From Camelus dromedarius (Eukaryota): DNA of 64,000 bases. Location of the stretch: the NCBI RefSeq assembly GCF_036321535.1, contig NC_087436.1, forward strand, positions 106,518,001 through 106,582,000, read 5' to 3'. The notes beneath the pieces were generated by a model, which saw only the letters and a program-made list of their open reading frames with translations, had not been told where the DNA came from and ran no database searches. The position numbers and the translations under genes are program-made. Positions 36,491 to 48,300 of this stretch are shown here, one piece after another (the stretch's first letter is position 1; every line of letters starts with the position of its first letter).

Positions 36491-38244
36491 TCAGGTTATT
36501 TTTAAAGCCCATCCTGCTTTTATTATCTGTTGAAACCAAATAAAAGCCACTGTACCAGTTAACCCATTAGTTCACTTTATTCCTCACAGTTTTCCAGTTA
36601 GCATCAAATGGAATAGGGTCTTGAAGAATAAGGCCGAGGATGGGTAACTTCTGATGAGCAGACTGTTTGGTGCAGCAGGAGGCCCAGATGTCAGGTGTGA
36701 CTGGGGAAATTTGGATAACTGCAGATAGAACGAGGGCCTCATGGATAAATTTAGGGATAAGGAAAAAAAAAAACTGTGAATGTGTACATTATCTATGAAT
36801 ACATATATATATATATGAATCAAGAAGAAACAGACTAAGTGTGCAAATTATGGATACATTTATAGAGATTGCTAAAAATGGTAGTGTAGATCTATATTTA
36901 TTGAAATGGAAAGATGCACAAGATGGGTTTCTAAGTGAAAAATAGATATGTCTCATAGGTTTCATTTAAAGAAAATATATTCTCTTTGAATTTGAAGACT
37001 CTGCATTCAAAGTACCAGTGAGTTTCTCTGCATGGTGAATACAGTTAATTTTTACACCCGCTTACTTCCCTTTTTATATAAACCAAATTTTTTTCCAATG
37101 GGAATTCAGTATTTTACAATCATACACAGTAATAAAGGTCTTCCCTTACAATAAAAGAGAGTGCAGGTTGCACAGGGGAGGTGAGGATGGCGGTCACGGG
37201 ATGCATGAAGGAACCAAACAGGGCTGGGGTGAGGAGGAGTCGAGTGGAAAACAAGAAGTCAGCCCTGGGGCTGTGGAGGAAACAGGGATGAAAGAGGAGA
37301 GGCAGGAATGGCAAAGGCAGGTGGAGTATGCATTCTCCTCGATTCTGATCACTGCACTTGGCACACTGGTCCAGGTTGCAGGGCTGCACCTTGTTCCTTC
37401 CTGCGGCTCGTGGGGAACGTGTGAATCGGTCCAGCGGGGATCATTGTTGTGCTCTGGCCATATTAGACTGTTTCAGATTTAACTCTTCTGCTGCCAGTTG
37501 CGGGCTGGCAAGCTTGCCTGGGGCCATGGCTCCATAGACCAACGTATTTATTTCTGATGTGCAACCCAGGATTGCAGGGTTGACTAACAGCGTGGAGGGA
37601 AGGCAAGGGAATGGAGGCTATTTATAGCAGAAGGCAACAAAGGTTTGCTTTCTTTCCTTTACCACGAGTTGTATTTCTCTGAAACTCTGCCCATGTTGTG
37701 CAGAAATCAAAAGGGCAAGAGAACAAGTTCTTCAGAGCTGGTTGGAAAGTTCCAGGGCAAATCTGTTTTTAGAGCAAATCTGCCAGCTTCCGAGGAGGTT
37801 GCAACCACCCTCTGATTCTAAATCAGCTTGATGGCGGTGCAAATAGATGCAAATGAGGGTCAAATCAATTTCCATAATGAACAGCGCAAGCAGAGCGGAC
37901 TCCTCTCCACCTGACTCAAAATTACTAGAAAATTCAATAAGGGGGAGGAAAAAAGAAACAAAGAAAGAAAGGAAATGACATCTTACATCTTAGTAACTTA
38001 ACGACTGTCACCCTTTGGATATGAGGAATGAAATCTGTGAAGTCGCAGAATGATTATGAACCTCATTCTGGAAGCTTGTCCAAGAATGGATGGGTCCGGT
38101 GTAGCTCTTCTGAGGATTTTGGTTGTGATCAGGCCTTTTGGTGTTTTTTTGTTTGTTTGTTTGTTTTTTGTTTTTATTTTTGGCCAAGGTTCATCCTTCC
38201 CCATTCCTAGGCTCCACTTCATATCACACCCTGGTTGGACTTTT

Positions 38245-38605
38245 GCTTTTCCTTTGTAACAGCTTTATTGAGATATAATTCCCTTACCATAAAATTCACT
38301 CTTTTAAAACCTGCAGTCCAGTGGTTTCCAGGATACTCACAGAGTTGCACAACGATTGCCACTATATAATTTTGTAACCCTTTCATCACTCCAAAGAGAA
38401 AGCCCCACTCATTAGCAGCCACTCCCTGCTTTCTTCTCTCCTGGCCCCTGGCAACCAGTAATCTACTTTCTGTCTCCATGGATTTGCCTGTTTTGGAGAT
38501 TCCATATAAATGGAATCATACCCTATGTGGCCTTTTTGTGAGTGGCTTCTTTCACTTGGCACAATGTGTGTGCTGTAGCCTGTATCAGTGTTTCACTCCT
38601 TTTCG
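38245..38605 (-). mobile_element. L1MB-type 3' end
   Basis: aacagctttattgagatataatt...cccctggcaaccagtaatctactttctgtctccatggatttgcctgttttggagattccatataaatggaatcata. Confidence 0.9.
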
Positions 38606-40529
38606 TGGAGGTTGGCCTTTCTAAGCAGAACCAACAAGAGAGCGATAAACCTCAACATCTCAGAGGACTGCAGCGATCTCCACTTATTTCGTGGAAAACC
38701 ACATGAATTTGCAGATAATGGTAACAGGACGTAACCTTATTAGTTTTCCATTAAGTCTTCGCCCAGTGCGTTTAGCTCTGGAATCTAGCTGCATTTCAGA
38801 AATTAGCTTCATGTCATTCAACTAATCCTGGGCTGAGTGGACTTACATTTATAATGAACAGGTATTTTTTATGAGCCACGATGCAGAGGCATTCATTTCC
38901 AAGGACTATTTTGGTGCTTCTGGCACAGCCTGTGTCTCTGCATATGGTTGACTTGCATCTATGAAAGCGATGGGAGTCGCTAGAACTATAATACATATGG
39001 GCCATTGACTGAACCATCTGAGGAATTTTTAATTGGTGTGAATATGGAATGCAATAGTTTATATGGATCCATTACTTTTATACGCTTAAGCCCATGGAGA
39101 GAACTAATCGAATGGGTTTTATTTTCTAGAAGGCCCTGAATGTCTTTGGATAACCCAAATTTTCTTTGTAAAAGCTAGACTTCCATGCAAGTCATTATCT
39201 CTAAGACACATTTATCAAATGCTCCCCTTGTGGATGCCCATGCTTTGAAGAAATGTGGTTTCCATCAGTAATCATGCACGGCAATCCTTCTGCTTTTGAC
39301 TCCGCAGCCAACAGAGCCTCACGCTTACCCAGCAAATGCACAGGCAGATGGTAGGATAAAAATTGAGGTTCCTCATGATGTCTCTGAGGCAGGGCCTAAA
39401 TCTGCTGGGGGACGGGGGAGTCAAGTTTAACCTTAAGTTGTGTTTATGGCTGGGATTCAGCCATGTCAGGGCATTTTTGACAAATGAGTGGAAAGAGCAT
39501 GCCAGAAATCTATTTTCTACCAAGTGCTAACAAAGGAGGCATCTCCCGGGAGAGAACTCACTTATTCCAAGGCTGATCAGGGATCCTAACATGAGATATG
39601 AGTCCTGTTGAAGTTGGTGTGGTATTCCAGCGGGAACCCAAAACTGTGAAATAGATTAAAAAAATTGGAGAAGAATGCCATTATTTTATATTAACATAAT
39701 ACCATGAAGAGGATGCCAACTTCATACAATTTTTTCCCTAAGATAAAAGATGAGACATCAAAGAGATTTTGCTCTCATGTCAGGCTATTTTTTGGCTCTG
39801 TTCCCAGACACATGGGGTTCAGGCTCACTGTGTATAGAACTTGGGTGGGAAAGTTTGAGGCATGCTAACTAGAGTGACTGTCTCTTCTGAGGAAAGAGAG
39901 ATAAACAAATTGGCTCTGTCTAGTAATCTGACTCTGTGATTGGAAAGGGAATAAGAGTGATTCTAATAGAAGAGCCCTTCAGTCATTCAGATTTTCCCCC
40001 CAACCTACAGCCTTAACCTTGACATCCCACACACTAAAAGCCCTACAAAATATTGAGCCACGGGACAAAACCATCTTTAAGTCTATGTCACAAGAGTAAC
40101 ACAACAGATGGCGGCAAAGCATTCTCTGCACATTGGCACAGAACTCAGTGCCACTTTGACACATCTGGAGCGGTTGTGCACTGGAAATACCCAGGGCTCA
40201 GGGGGATACGGGGTGACAGTGCTTGTCGATGGCTATGTCCGCTGCGGCAGTGCTCAGAGGGTAGGAGGGTGGTAGACGGTCACAAGGAAGGATGACTGTA
40301 TTTCTGGCCCTGGTGGAATTAACAAGGAAAAGTCACACGGCTTCCAGCATGATCTGCTGTGGTCACACCCTTTCTTCACCCAGAAAGGTGAAGATGGGTT
40401 GTCATGTGCCTAGGCACATTGGGGATGTCCCGTGGGATGCTCAGACTATGTGGGTGGGATTATCAGGAGCCTGAAAGTCTGCAGTAATAAGTGTGGGTGA
40501 AAGCCAGAGAAATAATAATTATTGGAACC

Positions 40530-40760
40530 ATAAAAATAACAGCCATTGAGTGTACCATGTGCTGGGCTCTGTGCCACGTGCATTACATCCTGTAGCTCTT
40601 TAAGTCCCCACAATGAGTCTATGAGTTAAACCTATTTTATTACGTCCAGAATACAGTTGAGGAAACTGAAGCATCGGAAGTCAGTTTTTCTTGAAAGGGA
40701 TAGTGTCAGAATTCAAATCTAAGTTTATTCTTTATTCCTAGTCCAAGCTCTTAAATTCCA
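40530..40760 (-). mobile_element. MIR
   Basis: cattgagtgtaccatgtgctgggctctgtgcc...acagttgaggaaactgaagc...ccaagctcttaa. Confidence 0.7.
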
Positions 40761-41349
40761 TATTTTATTATCTCTCAGGTTATTACTATAATAAGACCTC
40801 ATTTTAACCATTTATATATTATTCCTATATGAATATTTAGCAACAATAATATCTTTCTTGGGGAATGCCATTTTTTAAAAATTGGTTTATATACTTAAAG
40901 GTACAACTATACATATGTACCTTAATATGCTATATTCTCATGGATAAATAACTACAAAAGTAAATGTGTCAGCTTTATAAAAGAGTAGATTGAGATGTGA
41001 ATAAAGACTGGAATTGTAAAAGAAGCATTTTTTATTTGCATTTAAAGTGGCTTCAATGAAGAAAAGCAGAGAAGAAATATTTACAGAACATCCTGATATG
41101 TGGCAAATATTAGGAAAACACCGGTTCTCACCTCAACTTTGTAAGCTTGGTATCGTTGTGTTCATTCTGCAGGTGAGAGGAAGGAGGCTTCAAGATATAA
41201 ACTCACCTAAAATCTTAGTCACAAATGAGATTCAAAATCATGTATGACTTGAAGCCAATCCACAGCACCACTGACGTCAGCTTCTAGCAGGTTGTTACAG
41301 AATGGAAGGAACCATACTTTTCTTAGTCCTCAAACATTATTGAACATGA

Positions 41350-41830
41350 AAGATCTATTTACTTAATTCTTCCAATAAACACTCTGGAGTACCTATTATG
41401 TTCCAGGTACTGTGTTAGATGCTGGGTGTTAAGTCTTAGCATTGACCTTGGGGGGAAATTCCATTGTCCAGTGGAAGAGACAGAACTTACACAAATTATT
41501 AGTTAATATGCAAGAAGTACAAGGTCCTGTAGGAGGAAAAGTAAGGGAGAAAATTCATGTGCTTGGTAGACTAGGGGAAAATTTTTACAGAGGAAGTGAC
41601 ATTCAAGTAGAGTCTTGAGGAGGAGTTTATCAGGCAGAGAACAAATTAAAAGGAAGAACAAAGACCATCCAGAAGGTATTGAAAAGCTCAGGCCCTAGTT
41701 TTGAAGGATCTTGTATGCCCAGGTTTTCTTATGCCAAACAATAAACCATCAAAGCTTTCACAGAAAGTGTGATCACATTTTTATGTTAGAAAGATAACTA
41801 GGTAAGATTTGGGATGATGTGTTGAAGTAT
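41350..41830 (-). mobile_element. L2 fragment
   Basis: gagtacctattatgttccaggtactgtgttagatgctggg...acagaggaagtgacattcaagtagagtcttga. Confidence 0.7.
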
Positions 41831-42564
41831 AGAGAAAGGAACATTAGGGAGAAGCTTTTAAAGGCTAACCTTCTTGAAGACATCCTTGACTTCCTTGCCT
41901 ACAACACTCCACATGGATGGTCACCAATTCCTAAGGAATTTCTTTTATATTAGGTGTCTGCTTTCTGTCCCACTGGCATTTCCTTTCCATAGTCCCACAG
42001 CTCCTCTCCCGTATCTGAGATGGTGACCTTGTCCTCCGCTCCATCTGCCAAACCCCAGTCTCCTACAGCTCCAACAAGGAGCCACTGTGACCCCCAGGCC
42101 TACAAGATCCTCTAGCACACACACAATCTCGATTCTTCAGGCCCTGCCATACTTTTACAACTTCCCCTAGGCAGAGGAAGGTTGTTCTTTGCATAAAGCT
42201 CAATTTATAGGAATAGTGAACGCTTCCTCATTGGTTTGACTCAAATGGATTATAGTTGGCAGAAATTCTGATCCCTCCACTCTTCAGGACAGTCTAGCAG
42301 GATGTGGGATGACTAGGGTTCCAAGCTGGTCGCCTGGGACCACAGACATCTTCATTCATTTACCCTCATGACGCACACAAGTGCTGCCACTTTCTGTGTA
42401 TGTCATGATGTGAAAACATAGTTGAGAATAATTAGAATGGCGAAATTGCTACTGGGGGATAAGATTTTGGAAAAGATCAGTGCAGAGTTAGAGAAATAAA
42501 CCTTATTTAACATTTTCCGCACTAGACTGGAAACATTTCCAGAGAGGTGAATTCTGTTCTTGAT

Positions 42565-42740
42565 TCTCTTTAAAGCTTATTTTCTGACCTTGGTCAAGTC
42601 AATTAACCTTTCCATTCCTCAGGTTGACCTTAAATAAACTTAGAATAATATATCTCTGCCTGCCTGACTCCCAGGCATGTGAGTTTGAAAGAGTTAATGA
42701 GAGAAAGTTTAGAAAGTGTCCAAAGCACTATTTATCAGAA
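42565..42740 (+). mobile_element. MIR fragment
   Basis: tgaccttggtcaagtcaattaacctttccattcctcagg. Confidence 0.6.
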
Positions 42741-43389
42741 AGTCTACAGTGTGTTGTTGATAGGCAATCTTAGAGTGAGTGTGCTAGATAGTAGAGGGTT
42801 ATGAAATCTTGGTAAGAAAGATTATTAGGCACAGTTATCTCTTTTCCTTGAAAGCCCTCAACTTACAGGTCAATGAGCACCTATGTACTGAGTGATATTC
42901 AAGGTTAGAGGAAACACGTGCCTTACTAGTGTTCTGTAGAAAATCGGTTAATTACAGGACAACCTGCTCTTAACCGCGCCTGAAGGCAGTGCCTGACCTT
43001 GTACCAATGCTGTGAAAAGACACTTTCTTGACAAGGAAATAACTGGACTTGCAAGGGCTCTTTGTGTGTTCAGATATTTATAAGGGTAGCTAAACGCAGC
43101 AGTTACGATTTCCTTGGAAAGTCATCACACCTCCTCTCTCTCTCTCTGATTTCTCAACTTTGCCCAGAAAGGACAGTTGCAAATAAAAGTGGGAGTTTGC
43201 TTGGGCATTGAAATGACTGAACGAGGTGGGGGCAGTGATGCAATAAGGACCATCTTATCACTGGTGTGTAGGTGAGGTTGGGTCCCGGCATCACCTGCAG
43301 ACAGACTGGGAAAACAGGGAGAGCGCCTGTTTTCAATGTCACATTGAAATCACATTGTCAACACATTTTAAAGAGAGGAGTGAAAGAAT

Positions 43390-43670
43390 ATCAATTGGCA
43401 CAGGCTGATCGGTACACATGGTTTAGAGACTTTCTTGTCAGGATCTGTTAAGATTAAACTTTCATGTACTCTATGACCCAGCCATTTCACTTCACAGCCC
43501 TATAGAAATACTCACATGTGTGTAAAGAACCACGAATAAGGACAAACATTCTAGCACATTTTGTAATTTAAAAAAAAGGCAGAGAAGTGCATTAAATATG
43601 AGTTAAATAACAATGGAGGATTCGTATTGTGCAATATAATGGAGCAACTGAAAAGAACGTGGGAGACATA
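43390..43670 (+). mobile_element. Old L1M fragment
   Basis: ctctatgacccagccatttcacttc...ccctatagaaatactcacatgtg. Confidence 0.5.
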
Positions 43671-43674
43671 TGTT

Positions 43675-43990
43675 CAATCCACCAGCAAATTCTCCTAGTT
43701 TTTCCTCTAAAATATACTGTGAATCTGACCAATTCTCACCAACTTCACCATAGGCATCCTTGTTCCAGGAACTATTTATCAACCACTAGGCAACCAGGGT
43801 GATCCATGTAAGATGCAAATGCGGTCATATCACTCCAACGTCTTCTCATCACACTTGGAATAGCACCTACTAAGTCATATGCAATCTGAGTCCTGGCTAC
43901 CTCTCCAAATTAATCTCTTGCCTTTATCTTTTCCCATGACTATACCATGTCACATAGTAGGTGCTCAACAAAACATTGTGACTCAGTGAA
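43675..43990 (+). mobile_element. L2 fragment
   Basis: caatccaccagcaaattct...caaatgcggtcatatcactcc...cacatagtaggtgctcaacaaa. Confidence 0.6.
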
Positions 43991-44114
43991 AGATGGGCTC
44001 AATGTGCACTAAAATGGAAAGATCAGCAAGACACAAAGGCCATGCTGTGGATAAACACAGTGCCCGTCAATTTATGTATTTATTCTTGGTTTTCTCCAAA
44101 ATTCACTTAATGAC

Positions 44115-44240
44115 TTTTTTTAAATTGAAGTATAATCAGTTACAATGTGTCGATTTCTGGTGTACAGCCTAATGTCCCAGTCATCTGTATACATACATAT
44201 ATTTGTTTTCATTTTCTTTTTCATTAAAGATTATTACAAG
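44115..44240 (-). mobile_element. Short 5'-truncated L1 3' end (cetartiodactyl type)
   Basis: tttttttaaattgaagtataatcagttacaatgtgtcgatttctggtgtacagc...ttattacaag. Confidence 0.85.
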
Positions 44241-44241
44241 A

Positions 44242-44460
44242 ATGAAGTCCTGGGTTTAAATCCCAGCCTGAACATCTAGTTTTCAGCTGTGTGGTCTCGT
44301 GCAGGTTAGTGAATTTTACGTGTCTTAAATTTCTTCTCTAAAAATGGGATTAACGATGTTGTCTATCCCACAAAACTGTTTTGAGGATTAAGTGATCAGT
44401 TCATGTAAAGCTCTTAGGGTCATGTCTTATAATGTCTCAATTAACATTATATCATAACTA
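44242..44460 (+). mobile_element. MIR
   Basis: cctgggtttaaatcccagc...aaaatgggattaac...tgaggattaagtga...tgtaaagctcttag. Confidence 0.75.
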
Positions 44461-44539
44461 TTTGGAGTCCCTTTGACTTTCTGGTTTTCCTCTTTATAGT
44501 TTCACCACATCATGTGTTGTGAGTGTTATTTTGTACATT

Positions 44540-45960
44540 GTGACCAGGAGGGACTTATGGATAGGATGATTTTAGTAGAGCTCTTAAGGCAGTGACTCTG
44601 AGGACATGTAGCTTTCTCAGGGAAGAATATTTAGGCAGAGGGAATATTTGGAGGAAATGCTCTGAGGCAGGGACATTTCTGAATGCCTCTATAAAACACT
44701 ACCCATGACACATGATGTGGTGAAAATCTAAAGAGAAAGTTAAAAACAAAAAGATATAGGGGCTTCAAACAGTGGTGATACAATATTAACTCAGACTTCC
44801 TATGAGTATGATGGCACTCCAAGTGCTTTATATTCATCAACCATTTAATCTTCAAACAGTTCTAGAAGTGGGAACATTCCTGAACATTCCAGGTAAAGCA
44901 GGAAGGCCAGAGACAAGTGAGTGGAGACGAATAGGAGTGGGAGGAGAGTCAGAGATGTGATGAGATGGGGTGAGAGGTTAGAGAATGCAGGCCTTTGGGG
45001 GCCGTGGTGAGGACTTTGGATCATACGGTGAGTGATCTGAGAGGCTACCGTGGGCCAGCATTAGGAGACTAACATGTTAGCAGGATCATGGGGTGGAAGT
45101 CAGTTAACAGCACAGTGTTGTAATCTGGGTAAAAGATGGTGGTGGCTCACATGTGAGTAGAGGGCAGATAGTTTTGTTACCAAGTCCAAACTCATTCTGC
45201 TCGCTGCATGACAGGCCAGTAAGTTGGGAGACGAGGTATTGGGGCAAGGAATAACAACTTTATCTGGAAAGCTGGCAGACCAGGAAGATGGCAGACTAAT
45301 GTCCTGGAGAACCACCTTCCTCAAGTCAGAATTCAGGCTCCTTTTATACTGATAAAATGGGGGAAGGGGTGTGGTTGGTTGTTGCAAACTTCTTGGTGTC
45401 AGAATCCTTTGTTCTTGCAACTGTCCATATGGGTCAGACCATGGTGTCACTGTAAACCTCCAACAAAACAAATATTATTCTCTATTCTGAAACTTTTTAT
45501 ATTTATATGAATGGAGAAGTGTTAATACTCTGAAAGGTCAGAGCCTTGAGAATAGGCTCTCCTGTATATTTCAGGCTACAGGAAACATTCTTTTATAAAA
45601 GGTACAGAACCAGCCCAGGAAACAGAGCACAGGGATAGAGCCAAAGGAACAGATCTACTATGGAGTCTGATTTGTTCTTCCTTATTATATTTTGATAATA
45701 GGACTGACAGGTTTGGTTGAAGAATTGGAAGTGGTGTGAGGGAGAAAGAGGCATCAAAGATGACACCAAGGCTTCTGGTTGAACGGAGATAGACTTGGGT
45801 TGCTGCTTACTGTCCTTACCCAATGACCATGGGAGAAGCAGTTTGGTAGCCTGGTGGCAGCAGGAGGGTCAATCAAGAGTTTGATTTGGACATCCAGTTG
45901 GAGCTGTCAAACAGGCCAATGGGTCTAAGAGTCTCAAGTTCTAGGGAGAAGGCTGGGGCT
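44540..45960 (-). mobile_element. L2 fragment interrupted by a MIR piece (~44780-44870) and an LTR
   Basis: L2 text (ggccgtggtgaggactttgga...) stops at 45174 and resumes at 45690 (gtgagggagaaagaggcatcaaagatgacaccaagg). Confidence 0.7.
45175..45689 (-). mobile_element. Solo ERV1 LTR (MER34/LTR39-like)
   Basis: Termini tgttacc...cttattata (consensus TG..CA with one change), 4-bp flanks gttt / tttt, minus-strand TATAAAA at 45342-45348, U5-like cagcgagcagaatgagtttggacttggtaaca. Confidence 0.8.
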
Positions 45961-46679
45961 ATTGAAAACTCAACATTTGAATCTCTAGAACTTAACCTTG
46001 TGCAAGGTCTATAATGACCCTGTCACTGAGATGTGTATGTTGGGGTGTGTATGGGAGAGAATCCTTCCTGTTTCATACTCTTCTCTAAGTTTCTGTTCCA
46101 AGATTTTTCTGTTTGATCTGATTCTTCCCGTCCATTGAGGACCTGAAGGAAAGAAAAGGGATAAGCCTTTTGTTTAATTTTGTTTTTGTTTTCCATTTTC
46201 CACTCAAAGTGGTGTTGCTTTTGAAAACAAGACGGGATTTGGATGACCACAGAGAGGCAGATCTTCTAAACTGAGAGTTGACAGTGCTCAGACATGTTTG
46301 ATATGAGGAGGGAACAAGGAATGGTTCATACTGTTTTACAGTGCGGGACCCCCTGGAGGACGTGCTAAACACATTCTTGAATAGAGGACAGAGATGCAAA
46401 ATATACCAGCTAACATAATCTAAAGAGTACTAGTTCTAATGTTTCAATGCTACACTAGCTATCATAATATTACAGTCTTCTTAGCGACCATGATTCTCAA
46501 TTGTTCTTCTTGTTAACTTCCATTGTTTCCAAATACCATGGAGCAGGCTGGTTGCTTTTCCTGATGTTTAACATACATTACCTTATTTGATCCTTGTGCT
46601 TTGCTATCATATTTTTGGTATCTCTGTTATTTAAGTGAGGAAATCAAAAACATGTAGTTGCTTGAGTATGGGTGGTCCA

Positions 46680-46975
46680 GGGCCAGAACTTCCCAAAGTT
46701 ATTTCACAGAATACTAAGTACTATGAAAAGAAAATGGTGACCTCAGAAGATTGGGAAATGTTAGATTAAACAAATATAAGCGTACTTTTGAGTGGGATTT
46801 CTCATGTCATTAATATCTAACATTATATGAAAGCTCTCTTCAAAGGGCTGCAGTGTATAGCATTTCTCAGTTACTTGAACACAGAAACGTGTTTTTTTTT
46901 TTTTTTTTTCTGGAGCTTCTCACAGTTTAATTATAAGAAGACCATATTTTGGGACATGTCTCTAGGACAACTTGA
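46680..46975. mobile_element. Possible hAT-Charlie DNA transposon fragment (MER103-like)
   Basis: cttcccaaagttatttcacagaatact...tatagcatttctcagttacttgaacacagaaac, weak recall. Confidence 0.35.
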
Positions 46976-47809
46976 CCTTGAGGCACGATGTGTGCCCCTA
47001 ACAGTTTTTTTTTTCTGTGGTATTTTTCTCCAAATCTTCTTTCTTGGAACTTCTACACCATGTTTCTATAGGCATTTGATGCTGTCTTGTATTTCTGATT
47101 TCTCACTACATCCTGGGCTTGGATGTACATTTTGATTGGTGCACTGTTGTTGGTCATGCAAACGTGATTTCACCTTGAACTTGATTTCAATGTCATGGAT
47201 GCCCAGTGTCATATGAAGAGGGCCTGGCCATGCAGGATTTTCCTCTGTCCAGCTTCAGCCACAAACCACCACCTTGACGCTATGGTCATCCCTGAGGCAT
47301 GAAGTGCTTTGTGCCGGTCTTGGTATCTGTCAACTTGCCTCCGTTCTCTTTAACTCCTCCCATTTCATTCCACGGCTGACCCCTTTCATGCATCCCCAGT
47401 GGATTTTTCACCACCTCAGTCAGAGAGTGCTTACTACTTCATACACTTCTTATTATCTACTGGGGCTTAGTATAAACCCATTGCCCTGGAAGTGGGGACA
47501 TGGTGCTCCTTGCTGAGAGTGAGACCTCTCTTCCTGGCCATGGGATCACAGGCCTTTGTACTGAGCCCAGTTTTTATGTGATCACTTCTGTCCATTCCAA
47601 ACCCTCAGTTCTGCTTAAGGGACTCCATTTGACTCTTGTCAATATCCCTAGAGATGAAATATTTAATGGTTAACTTTGGTCAATGGTGAGACCAGCTCTC
47701 CAAAGATGGATGCCTCAGATGATGCTTTGCTTAGATACAGGCATCTCTCAAAAAGAGACCCTTTATCTGTCGCTTGCCTGCTCTTGTTACCCTGACACAC
47801 AGATGACAA

Positions 47810-47990
47810 CAGCAGAGGCTTCCATTTTATGAATGCGGACTGTGTGCCCAGTCTCATGTTAAGGTCTTTACAAGCATTATTTTATTTAACAGCCTGATGA
47901 CATAAGAATTATTATCCCTATTTTACAGAAAAAAAAAAAATCAACTTGCCAAAATGGTCAAACCCAGGTTTTCATCCTTCTGCCTGTGCT
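47810..47990 (-). mobile_element. MIR fragment
   Basis: attattatccctattttacaga...aacttgccaaa...tcaaacccagg. Confidence 0.6.
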
Positions 47991-48129
47991 TCCAAACCAA
48001 CACCACCTTCCCACATGCGTTTAGGACATTCCATCACTAAGCTTTGCCCGAGTGTGCTCATGTTTTTCTTAATCTAAATTTAAACAGTACTGACTATAGA
48101 AAGCAAAGTTGCTTTGTATCCGACAATTA

Positions 48130-48300
48130 ATTAATTCACGTATTCATTTGTTAATTAATCAAACATTTACTGAGAGCTAACTGAGTGTCAGACACGATGT
48201 TGGGTGAGGGAAATGAAAAATTTTTAAAAAGACCTAATTTCTAATTTCAAGTGGCTCCTGGTTTTAAGGAGACAGAAACATTAACAAGTGTGTAGAGAGT
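48130..48300 (-). mobile_element. L2 3' end
   Basis: aaacatttactgagagctaactgagtgtcagacac. Confidence 0.6.
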
